DNA of 64,000 nucleotides from Butyrivibrio sp. (GTDB lineage: Bacteria > Bacillota > Clostridia > Lachnospirales > Lachnospiraceae). The notes beneath the pieces were generated by a model. That model made no database searches and had not been told where the DNA came from. It saw only the letters and a list, made by a program, of their open reading frames with translations. Both the position numbers and the translations under genes were made by a program. Location of the stretch: positions 3,785 to 67,784 of the forward strand of contig NZ_JAGAYD010000015.1 in the NCBI RefSeq assembly GCF_017940685.1, in the 5' to 3' direction. Positions 17,607 through 25,651 of the stretch are shown in pieces (position 1 is the stretch's first letter; every line of letters begins with the position of its first letter).

Positions 17607-17648
17607 TACGCCGAAGGGCAAAAGTACTTGATTGTACGCCGAAGGGCA
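17607..17648 (+). repeat. Two copies of tacgccgaagggca
   Basis: Identical 14-mers at 17607-20 and 17635-48. Confidence 0.85.
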
Positions 17649-17649
17649 C

Positions 17650-17677
17650 GGGCATCTATCATGGTGCCCATTTTTTT
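17650..17677 (+). terminator. Intrinsic terminator
   Basis: gggcatc/ggtgccc stem followed by a T7 tract. Confidence 0.65.
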
Positions 17678-17757
17678 GCAAAAAGAGCTACTTCTTCTTA
17701 TTGTGAGAAGTGTTTCTTTTCGTTTTTTGTTATGATTATTTAAGGAGTGATAGCGAT

Positions 17758-17925
17758 ATGGAAGGACCATTTGATAAGCTTTATGGAAACACAGTGTTTG
17801 ATCTCAACCACGATGGGAAGATCGATGCGGCTGAGACAGCTTTTTTGTATGATACAATATTAAGTGACGTGATTTCAGACTCGAATGAGAGCGCATTTGA
17901 TGAAGATGAGGAAGATGAGTTTTGA
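17758..17925 (+). CDS. Small acidic protein with EF-hand-like loop
   Basis: 55 aa, DLNHDGKIDAAE loop; RBS aaggag. Confidence 0.6.
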   Translation: MEGPFDKLYGNTVFDLNHDGKIDAAETAFLYDTILSDVISDSNESAFDEDEEDEF

Positions 17926-17926
17926 A

Positions 17927-18895
17927 ATGAAGACACATTTAAGAGAGGTTGGTTTTGCAAATAGAATATTTGCTTTGTTGCTAGTGCTTTCTTGGGGTAT
18001 GTCTTCTTTTCTGTTTTGGAGCGTAAAGAGTCATGCTGAGGATGAGGTTCCGGCTTATAACAAAAGTGCATTTGTTGCTCTTAATAAGAACGTACCGGTA
18101 TTCACGGATGAAGAGATCACCACAAGCTCTTTTGAAAAATATGGAGAGCTTGATAAGCTGGGGAGGTGTACGGCAGCGGTAGCATGTATTGGTCAGGATC
18201 TGATGCCTACCGAGGAGCGTCAGGCTATTGGTGATGTTAGACCGACCGGATGGAAGCAGAACAAATATCCTGGGGTTGTAGATTCGGATCCCCCGTATCT
18301 GTACAACAGATGCCACATGATCGGATATCAGCTTACTGGCGAGAATGCCAATGAAAAGAATCTGATCACCGGAACTCGGTACATGAATGTGGAAGGTATG
18401 CTGCCTTATGAGAATCAAGTGGCGGAGTATGTGTTAAGTACCGGCAGGCATGTAATGTACAGAGTTACGCCAGTATTTACCGGGAAAAATCTTCTCTGTG
18501 ATGGAGTGCAGATTGAAGCGTATTCTGTAGAAGATAAGGGCAAAGGTATTTCTTTTAACGTGTTCTGCTACAACGTTCAGCCTGGAATAGAGATAAATTA
18601 TGCAGATGGCAGCAATAAGCTTGCACCGGATGCAGACGTGGTGGCTGACAGAAATTCTTTTATGATAACTGGCGGAGATTCCGGGAATGGATCAGTAAGG
18701 TCTTCGGCAGGAAGTGATGCTTCTGGTATTCCGGCAGGAACAACATATGTGGTAAACAAGAATACAGGTAAGTTCCATTATCCAAGCTGTGACAGCGTTA
18801 ATGATATGAAAGAGAAAAATAAGGAATACAGCACCAAGACAAGGGATGAGCTGATAAGTGAAGGAAAGAGTCCTTGCAAGAGGTGTAATCCGTAG
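17927..18895 (+). CDS. Secreted/membrane DNA/RNA non-specific endonuclease (EndA-like) with C-terminal Ada-like Zn motif
   Basis: N-terminal hydrophobic segment; NRCH motif, NLITGTRYMN; C-terminal KFHYPSC...PCKRC. Confidence 0.88.
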   Translation: MKTHLREVGFANRIFALLLVLSWGMSSFLFWSVKSHAEDEVPAYNKSAFVALNKNVPVFTDEEITTSSFEKYGELDKLGRCTAAVACIGQDLMPTEERQAIGDVRPTGWKQNKYPGVVDSDPPYLYNRCHMIGYQLTGENANEKNLITGTRYMNVEGMLPYENQVAEYVLSTGRHVMYRVTPVFTGKNLLCDGVQIEAYSVEDKGKGISFNVFCYNVQPGIEINYADGSNKLAPDADVVADRNSFMITGGDSGNGSVRSSAGSDASGIPAGTTYVVNKNTGKFHYPSCDSVNDMKEKNKEYSTKTRDELISEGKSPCKRCNP

Positions 18896-18906
18896 GGGCT
18901 ATAACT

Positions 18907-18945
18907 AATACTTCGATGCCTAATATAGCATCGGAGTATTTTTTT
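18907..18945 (+). terminator. Intrinsic terminator
   Basis: aatacttcgatgc/gcatcggagtatt stem plus T-tract. Confidence 0.75.
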
Positions 18946-19003
18946 GAATATAATTAGTTGATAGTAAATGAAGACTTCTTGATTTGATATTGGAGGGAAA
19001 ACA

Positions 19004-19315
19004 ATGATCAAAATTTACGGAATGCCTACATGTCCATATTGCGATTACATTCATGAGCAGATAAGAGGACGCGAGAATGAATTTGAGTACATAAACATAG
19101 GTGAGAATATCAGAAACATGGGGGCTTTTACCAGACTTCGTGATACCAATCCGGTATTCGATCATTCCAAGGAAATTGGCGATGTTGGCATACCGGCCTT
19201 TGTTCTGGAAGATGGTAGTATAACTCTTGACCCGGCAGTTGTGGGGCTTATTGAATATGGAACACCTGATGCCTGCTCTATAGAAGACCATAAAAGTGGA
19301 AGAAAAGGGTGCTGA
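19004..19315 (+). CDS. Glutaredoxin-related protein
   Basis: CPYC active site, VGIP motif. Confidence 0.8.
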   Translation: MIKIYGMPTCPYCDYIHEQIRGRENEFEYINIGENIRNMGAFTRLRDTNPVFDHSKEIGDVGIPAFVLEDGSITLDPAVVGLIEYGTPDACSIEDHKSGRKGC

Positions 19316-19387
19316 CTGACGAGTTCCTTGAGGATGGGATACCACACGTAAAGATGGAACGAAGAATGCAAGCAAGAGGTTAAAGAA

Positions 19388-19798
19388 ATGGTAAAAAAGA
19401 TTGTTAGAGATCCAATGTTTCTGCAGCAGAAGTCAGAGCCTGCGACCGAAGCCGACAAGCAGGTTATTCAGGATCTTCTGGATACACTGCGGGCTAATCA
19501 GGAGCACTGCGTTGGTATGGCAGCCAATATGATTGGTGTTCGGAAAAGGATAATCGTAGTAGCCATGGGTCCATTCCATTTTGCTATGGTCAATCCGGTA
19601 ATTACGAAGCGGAGTGGAGAGTATCAGACAGAGGAAAGTTGCCTGTCTCTTGATGGAGTAAGGCCCTGCACAAGGTACAAAGAGATTGAGGTTGATTACC
19701 TGGATCAGGATTTTAGGCCTCAGCATGGGAAGTATAAGGATTTTACGGCGCAGATAATTCAGCATGAAGTGGACCACTTTGAGGGGATATTGATCTGA
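19388..19798 (+). CDS. def: Peptide deformylase-family protein
   Basis: GMAANMIG, ESCLS and QHEVDH motifs. Confidence 0.85.
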   Translation: MVKKIVRDPMFLQQKSEPATEADKQVIQDLLDTLRANQEHCVGMAANMIGVRKRIIVVAMGPFHFAMVNPVITKRSGEYQTEESCLSLDGVRPCTRYKEIEVDYLDQDFRPQHGKYKDFTAQIIQHEVDHFEGILI

Positions 19799-19866
19799 GT
19801 GTTTGCGCAGATGGTTAGTAAAACATCGATTAAGCTGATTGACGTGGAGGACTTGGACTAAGACTT

Positions 19867-20061
19867 ATGTGGAAAATTAAACAGATATTTGATGGAGATT
19901 ACGGCTGCGAAGAGTTGCAACCAGGACAGAAGCCAAAGGTATCAGTTACTCTTGTGGATGATTCAGGAAATGAGAAGCTTGTGTCAGTTGAAGATGACTG
20001 GCTTACGGAGAATGGGCTGGATGTTGGATCGGAGTGGACGTCACTGGTCAATGGCTTCTAG
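19867..20061 (+). CDS. Small hypothetical protein
   Basis: 64-aa ORF, RBS ggagg. Confidence 0.55.
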   Translation: MWKIKQIFDGDYGCEELQPGQKPKVSVTLVDDSGNEKLVSVEDDWLTENGLDVGSEWTSLVNGF

Positions 20062-20087
20062 GGGGATGAGAAAGAGGACTGACGGAG

Positions 20088-20534
20088 ATGGATATCAGAT
20101 ACAGAGAAGCGAGAAAGTCTGAAATAGAAAGAATCAATGAGTTATTTAAAGAAATGCTTCAAGCTATCTATCGTACAGATGATGTGAATGGTTACGAAGA
20201 CGGTTATTTGGAGAGGTTCTTTGACAATAATGAGGATCGTATTTTTGTGGCTGAATCCCAGGAAGAAATTGTAGGATTTCTATCTGTTCAAGTATACAGA
20301 GATGAGGGATACATCTACTTTGATGATCTCTCGGTGAGTGCTAAATTTCGGGATCAAGGCATCGGCACAAAATTGATAGAGATGGCAGAAACTTATGTCA
20401 GAGAAATAGGTATTAAAGTAATTGTTTTTCACGTTGAAAAATCAAATGCCCGTGCGCATGAGTTGTACTATAGACTTGGATATGAAGATAATGAAGACCA
20501 GGGTAATCGCATGCGCATGGTCAAGGAGATATAG
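20088..20534 (+). CDS. GNAT acetyltransferase
   Basis: VSAKFRDQGIGTKL acetyl-CoA motif; YYRLGY. Confidence 0.85.
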   Translation: MDIRYREARKSEIERINELFKEMLQAIYRTDDVNGYEDGYLERFFDNNEDRIFVAESQEEIVGFLSVQVYRDEGYIYFDDLSVSAKFRDQGIGTKLIEMAETYVREIGIKVIVFHVEKSNARAHELYYRLGYEDNEDQGNRMRMVKEI

Positions 20535-20628
20535 GGAGAATTGAAACGTGAGTGTTAAATGTCTAAAGTGGCTGAGAAAAGAGACACGGAAAAGTAAGAA
20601 GAACGTGATGGAGGAGGGTGATTAAAGT

Positions 20629-21042
20629 ATGTGGTTTATATTTGCTTTGATGTCTGCGGTGTTTGCGGCGTTGACGTCAATACTTGCGAAGATTGGAATT
20701 GAGGGAGTTAATTCTAATCTGGCTACAGCGATAAGAACGGTGGTCGTAGTAGTTATGGCGTGGGGTATGGTCTTTTTAACAAGCGCTCAGAGTGGGATTT
20801 CAGAGATCAGTAAAAAGAGCTGGCTGTTTCTGATACTGTCAGGGCTTGCTACTGGGGCATCATGGTTATGTTATTACAAGGCGTTGCAGGTTGGTGAGGC
20901 ATCTAAAGTTGTGCCAATTGATAAGCTTAGTGTTGTGATAACCCTTGTACTGGCTTTTGTTTTCCTACATGAACAGTTTACGGCGAAGTCTATGATTGGA
21001 TGTGTATTGATCGGCGCGGGAACTTTGCTTATGGTGCTGTAA
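20629..21042 (+). CDS. EamA/DMT family transporter
   Basis: Hydrophobic helices; ASKVVPIDKLSVV motif. Confidence 0.85.
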   Translation: MWFIFALMSAVFAALTSILAKIGIEGVNSNLATAIRTVVVVVMAWGMVFLTSAQSGISEISKKSWLFLILSGLATGASWLCYYKALQVGEASKVVPIDKLSVVITLVLAFVFLHEQFTAKSMIGCVLIGAGTLLMVL

Positions 21043-21070
21043 TTAAGATTGATGAGGATGGTTTTAACTG

Positions 21071-21454
21071 ATGAAAATTGAACATATTGCCATGTATGTA
21101 ACAGATCTGGAGAAAGCGAGAGACTTCTTTGTTAAGTATTTGGGCGGAGTTTCGAATGATGGATATCATAACGTGAATACAGACTTTAGGTCTTTCTTTG
21201 TCTCTTTTGAAGACGGTGCAAGACTGGAAATCATGACAAAACCTGAGGTTGTGGATGCCCAAAAGCCTCTGAACAGGACTGGATATGCGCATATAGCTTT
21301 TTCTGTGGGTAGTAAAGAAAAGGTGGATGAACTTACAGAGAGGCTAAGAGCTGATGGCTATGAAGTGGTCAGTGGCCCTCGTACAACGGGAGATGGCTAT
21401 TACGAGAGCTGTGTTGTCGGGATTGAGGGGAATCAGGTAGAGATTACGGTTTAA
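21071..21454 (+). CDS. VOC/glyoxalase family protein
   Basis: IEHIAMYV, HIAFSV, GPRTTGDGYYE motifs. Confidence 0.85.
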   Translation: MKIEHIAMYVTDLEKARDFFVKYLGGVSNDGYHNVNTDFRSFFVSFEDGARLEIMTKPEVVDAQKPLNRTGYAHIAFSVGSKEKVDELTERLRADGYEVVSGPRTTGDGYYESCVVGIEGNQVEITV

Positions 21455-21503
21455 AACGAGTTTTTAATGGGGATGCTTGCTGGGAAAAGGAGGATTTAAT
21501 AAC

Positions 21504-21635
21504 ATGAAGCACTACATAATTGCGAAATTCAAAGACAGAGAAGATACAGAGAGGCTTCTTCCGGAGATTAAAGCTCTTTTCCAAAAGGCCCAGGATCTAA
21601 AGGGAGTGGAAGGCTACTTATGGCGACAGGCTTGA
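21504..21635 (+). pseudogene. Truncated Dabb (stress-responsive A/B barrel)-like gene
   Basis: RBS aggagg; MKHYIIAKFK start typical of Dabb proteins; stops after 43 aa. Confidence 0.45.
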
Positions 21636-21729
21636 GAGTAAGGCGATATTTGATTGCGATTGAGGTAAAGTGGTAAAACAGATAGTAATGGACAAGTTCT
21701 TTTACAATGAAAGTCAGGAGGAATGACAG

Positions 21730-22188
21730 ATGAGCAGATTAAAAGAGCTAAGAGCATATGTAGATAAGAAGTTAAACAAGATTGATGACGAAGATAAGAG
21801 AATAAGTGCAACTGCTCATCTTTATGGTGTGTCCCTGGCAGCACAGATCCTTGCCAAGAAGAGAGGACTTGATCCGGAACTTGCAGCTATGGCAGGAATG
21901 CTTCACGACATGCATGCTTACAAAACTGGATCATATGATGACCACGCGCATCTCGGTGCAGAGCTTGCAAGAAAGATCCTTGGAAAACTGGAGCTTACAA
22001 CACCTGAAGAGACTGATATCATCTGTTCAGCAATATATCATCACGATGATAAGGCTGCTATAGACAGTCCTATGGATGAGCTCTTGAAGGATGCAGATGT
22101 TATCGATCATTGCTTTAAGGATGCTTCAAAGCCTGTAAAGGAAAAAGAGCAGAAGAGATACGATGCTTTGTGTAAGGAGCTGCTATGA
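21730..22188 (+). CDS. HD-domain protein
   Basis: HLYGV, MLHD, HH and DAD motifs. Confidence 0.85.
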   Translation: MSRLKELRAYVDKKLNKIDDEDKRISATAHLYGVSLAAQILAKKRGLDPELAAMAGMLHDMHAYKTGSYDDHAHLGAELARKILGKLELTTPEETDIICSAIYHHDDKAAIDSPMDELLKDADVIDHCFKDASKPVKEKEQKRYDALCKELL

Positions 22189-23117
22189 AAAATAGACCAT
22201 TGATAGCCCCAAACATAATGATCATCACGCTTGGGTTGATGCTTTCTGCAGCAGGTTGTGGCAAGGCGGCGCCTACTATTGAAGCAGAATCACGGGTAGT
22301 GCAGGATTACAGCGAGGCTACAGTAAGTTTTCTTGGTCCGGAAGGGACATATACTCAGGAAGCCTGCGGCGTCTTCTTTAATAAGCAGGGAAGCTATGAG
22401 CCCTATGAAACTGTGAGCGATGCGGTGGATGCGCTTGAGTCAGGAGCATCTGAATATGCTGTGATCCCTCAGGAGAACACTATTGGCGGTGCTGTAACGG
22501 ACTATGTTGACATAGTTATTGCGCACGATTCTCTTTCTGTGGTTGGAGAAGTGGAGCTTCCAATCAATCAGAATCTTCTTGTCTTGCCTGGAGCGAAACT
22601 TGAGGATATACAGACTGTTTTTTCCCATAAACAGGGCATTGCCCAGGGAAAAGAGTGGATTGAAAAGAATATACCTGATGCAGAAGTGATCGAGGTATCA
22701 AGTACTGCGGAAGGGGCTAAAATGGTCTCTGAATCTGACGATAAGACCGTTGCTGCCATAGCCTCCGCAGCATGCGCAGATGTTTATCACCTGGAGCTTT
22801 TAGCTTCTGCCATACAGGAGAACGGTAACAACAAAACCAGATTTTATGTGCTTTCAAAAGATCTGCCACTTACTGCGAAGGCCCAGAGGCTTGCGTTTAT
22901 TGCATCGGGCTCAGCCAAAGATCTGGCGCCTCTTATGAAGAGCATGGAAAATCTGAATATGACGCTGATCACAGTGCATGATAGGCCCCTAAAGACTGAG
23001 CTTGGGGAGTATAGTTACATCATGGAATGCACTGACTGCAGCTATGAAGACTATCTTAAGTTAGAGGATAATTCTGCAATGGAGTTGAGATTCCTGGGAT
23101 GCTTTAATGTGTTTTGA
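22185..23117 (+). CDS. Prephenate dehydratase-like protein with lipoprotein signal peptide
   Basis: FLGPEGTYT, PQENT, SHKQ and TRF PDT motifs; ACT-like C-terminus; lipobox AAG-C25. Confidence 0.8.
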   Translation: MKNRPLIAPNIMIITLGLMLSAAGCGKAAPTIEAESRVVQDYSEATVSFLGPEGTYTQEACGVFFNKQGSYEPYETVSDAVDALESGASEYAVIPQENTIGGAVTDYVDIVIAHDSLSVVGEVELPINQNLLVLPGAKLEDIQTVFSHKQGIAQGKEWIEKNIPDAEVIEVSSTAEGAKMVSESDDKTVAAIASAACADVYHLELLASAIQENGNNKTRFYVLSKDLPLTAKAQRLAFIASGSAKDLAPLMKSMENLNMTLITVHDRPLKTELGEYSYIMECTDCSYEDYLKLEDNSAMELRFLGCFNVF

Positions 23118-23192
23118 GAATGATAGCTATTGCGGAGTGTGACAGGAAAAGGAGTGTTAAAGAATTAGTAGTCAGATTTTTAATCTTGATGA

Positions 23193-23292
23193 TTGACTTA
23201 GCCGTACGGCTCATTGTATAATGATTATGGCAAAAAAATGAGTCGTACGGCTTATTTTTGCACTCAATCCATGATGATTTTGCCGTACGGCT
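23193..23292 (+). promoter_or_regulatory. hipBA promoter with three palindromic operators
   Basis: -35 ttgact 23193-98, -10 tataat 23217-22; (a)gccgtacggct-type palindromes at 23200, 23241 and 23281. Confidence 0.8.
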
Positions 23293-23297
23293 AAGGG

Positions 23298-23516
23298 GTG
23301 TATATGAAGATTGCAGATTCAATCTCATTTGGAGAAATGATCAGAAAAAGAAGAAAGCAGATGGGCTATACACAAAAGTATATCTCTGAGTTTACTGGAT
23401 TCAGCATAAGTTTCCTTTCCGACCTGGAGAATGGAAAAAAAACCATAGAGCTTGATAAAGCGCTCACTGTCGCTAATTTGCTTGGACTTGATGTGGAGCT
23501 GAATGAGAGGGGATGA
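23298..23516 (+). CDS. hipB: HipB-like XRE antitoxin
   Basis: 72-aa HTH (ISFLSDLENGKKT) directly upstream of hipA. Confidence 0.85.
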   Translation: MYMKIADSISFGEMIRKRRKQMGYTQKYISEFTGFSISFLSDLENGKKTIELDKALTVANLLGLDVELNERG

Positions 23517-23519
23517 AGC

Positions 23520-24785
23520 ATGCGAGAACTCAAGGTATACGTTGAAATAAATGGACAGATGCAATTTGTGGGAACTATTTATGGCAACACGTATGAAGAT
23601 GCATGCTTCAAATATGATACTGAGTATTTACATAACTTTGAAGCAGCGCCAATCTCCATATCGTTACCTTTGCAGGATGAAGCCTTTAGCGCCGCAGATA
23701 CAACAAATTTCTTCGAAGGTCTTTTGCCAGAGGGGTTTTCCAGACGAGCAGTTGCGGATTGGATCAAGGTAGATGAGAAGGACTATCTGACAATACTTGC
23801 AGTGCTGGGTAAAGAGTGCCTCGGCGCGATTAAGGTTGTAGAGGGCGATAGTTCTGAGGATGCAGGGTATGAATTACTTTCGGATGCAAGAGTAAAAGAG
23901 CTTGCAGCTGAAGGTGCAACGAAATCCACTCAGATTTTGATGGAGACACATCTGTCCTTGACAGGAGCAACGGGTAAAGTGGGTCTTTACTATGATGCTA
24001 TGGAGGATAAGTGGTATCTGCCCAAAGGAGATGCGTCAAGTACTCACATCGTCAAGCAAAGTCATGTGAGATTGAAACAGATTGTACTAAATGAGCAGTT
24101 TTGTATCCTGACAGCAAAAAATCTGGGAATAGAAGTTCCACATAGCTTCATTGTAGACATGAACTCCAACGATGATGAGCTATTATATGCAACTGAGCGA
24201 TATGACAGGACTTTTTCCAGTAATAGAATGATTGATGGTAAACCTTGTCCATCCAGATTACATCAGGAAGATTTCGCACAGGCACTTGGTATTTCTGCAA
24301 AAGATAAATACGAGAATGAACAATTAATGTACATGCAAAAGATGTTTAAACTCGTACGAAATCATTCTTCAAAACCAATTGAAGATCAGCAGGCTCTGCT
24401 TCGAATGATAGTATTCAATTATCTTATAGGCAACACAGATTGCCATGTAAAAAACTTCTCTTTACTCTATAGTTCGGACTTAAAGTCAAAAAGGTTGGCT
24501 CCTGCATATGACCTGGTTGCAACCAGGGTGTACAAGACCACATCAGATATGTCATTCTACATTGGTGGAGAATTAGATATAGAGAGAATTACAAGAGAGA
24601 GCTTTAGCTTGGCGGCTGATGAGATTGGAATGACATCGCGAGTCGTGCTAAACATCTTCGATGATGTGGCAAACAGGCTTGAACATGCAATGGATCTGGC
24701 TGCAGACGAACTTGCAAATCTCGGTTTTGAATCAGTGGATTCTTTGAAAAAAGAAATCCTTAAGAGTAAAAAGAGAACAGAATAA
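23520..24785 (+). CDS. hipA: HipA-family Ser/Thr kinase toxin
   Basis: HipA N-terminal domain (PISISLPL, FFEGLLPEG), SLTGATGK loop, HQED, GNTDCHVKNFS, LAPAYD. Confidence 0.92.
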   Translation: MRELKVYVEINGQMQFVGTIYGNTYEDACFKYDTEYLHNFEAAPISISLPLQDEAFSAADTTNFFEGLLPEGFSRRAVADWIKVDEKDYLTILAVLGKECLGAIKVVEGDSSEDAGYELLSDARVKELAAEGATKSTQILMETHLSLTGATGKVGLYYDAMEDKWYLPKGDASSTHIVKQSHVRLKQIVLNEQFCILTAKNLGIEVPHSFIVDMNSNDDELLYATERYDRTFSSNRMIDGKPCPSRLHQEDFAQALGISAKDKYENEQLMYMQKMFKLVRNHSSKPIEDQQALLRMIVFNYLIGNTDCHVKNFSLLYSSDLKSKRLAPAYDLVATRVYKTTSDMSFYIGGELDIERITRESFSLAADEIGMTSRVVLNIFDDVANRLEHAMDLAADELANLGFESVDSLKKEILKSKKRTE

Positions 24786-24799
24786 TGATATAATGACCT

Positions 24800-24829
24800 A
24801 AGGGGGCCTTATGGCACCCTTTTGTTTTT
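24800..24829 (+). terminator. Probable terminator
   Basis: aaggg-gcc/ggc-ccctt stem plus T-rich tail. Confidence 0.45.
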
Positions 24830-24850
24830 ATGCACAAAAAGGAGACGCAC

Positions 24851-25651
24851 ATGAACACACGGATTGTTACGATCACTGAACGTGCAATACTGCCCTTTGC
24901 AGGTTACCTGTCAGAACAGGAACAAAAAAAGGTGGGCACAAGGGGGTATTTTGCTCTTGGCGCCATTACGGATTTTGATCAGGGAGAGCTGGCATCCGGA
25001 GTGCTGACTTTTTTCGTGGAAAAAGACGAGGCTGTTATCTTAGCCCTTGCTGCCTATGACAGAGAAGAGGAGATACTTCATGACCTGCTGATGGAATATG
25101 CCAGGGTGTTTAAGAGTGCACACCTGAAGGAAACGGTGATCAGTCTAAAGGACCCCGAGATTTCGGATATTGCAGGCGGATTTTTAAAAGAGGAGAGGAT
25201 TCCACTAAAGATCAGACGTGATATGACTATTTCGGAAATCCCTGACGACCTTATGGAAAAGAGAGTGTATTCCGACAGTATTGCATTGCTCACGGAGCTT
25301 GATCATAACGAGAAAGAAGCCGTATATGAATATCTTGATAAAGAAAAGAAGATGCTATATCCGCTGCTTCCGGATGATGCCATTGCCATGTCGGATAAGA
25401 ATCTTTCTTATGTGTGGACAGAGGATGGCAGTGTGAAGGCAGTGCTCCTTATAAAGAAGGATGAGGATGGGCTCAGCCCGTTTTTCTACTCTGCTGATGA
25501 TAGCGAGATTGGTAAGGCAGTTATAGCACAGGCTGCTTCAAAGATAAAAAGCAGTATGCCGGGGGATACCGTTTTACACATATATGAGTTCGACCTGGAT
25601 CAGGTTAAAAGGAGCAGAATATGGGCGGAAACGAGGAAAGCTTACAGGTAG
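24851..25651 (+). CDS. Hypothetical protein, degenerate GNAT-like
   Basis: RBS aggag; alternating alpha/beta pattern like GNAT folds; overlaps the calpain gene start. Confidence 0.6.
   Translation: MNTRIVTITERAILPFAGYLSEQEQKKVGTRGYFALGAITDFDQGELASGVLTFFVEKDEAVILALAAYDREEEILHDLLMEYARVFKSAHLKETVISLKDPEISDIAGGFLKEERIPLKIRRDMTISEIPDDLMEKRVYSDSIALLTELDHNEKEAVYEYLDKEKKMLYPLLPDDAIAMSDKNLSYVWTEDGSVKAVLLIKKDEDGLSPFFYSADDSEIGKAVIAQAASKIKSSMPGDTVLHIYEFDLDQVKRSRIWAETRKAYR

Larger units (their letters stand above)
17461..17677 (+). ncRNA. Putative stand-alone repeat-containing small RNA
   Basis: Own promoter and terminator; no RBS-led ORF; two 50-nt units at 53-nt period and two 14-nt units. Confidence 0.5.

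Noticed and set aside
17592-17648. Glycine riboswitch, c-di-GMP-I riboswitch or hammerhead ribozyme (cgccgaagg, ggcaaaagtac, ctgaaga motifs)
   Set aside because: Lacks the glycine ctctcagg core and ggaga arrangement, the GEMM GAAA/GACGCAAA pattern, and the hammerhead stem II-GAAA-stem III layout; no fitting downstream gene.
19304-19360. Selenocysteine read-through at the glutaredoxin GC-TGA end
   Set aside because: No convincing bacterial SECIS after the TGA, and a C-terminal GC is ordinary for this small family as I recall it.
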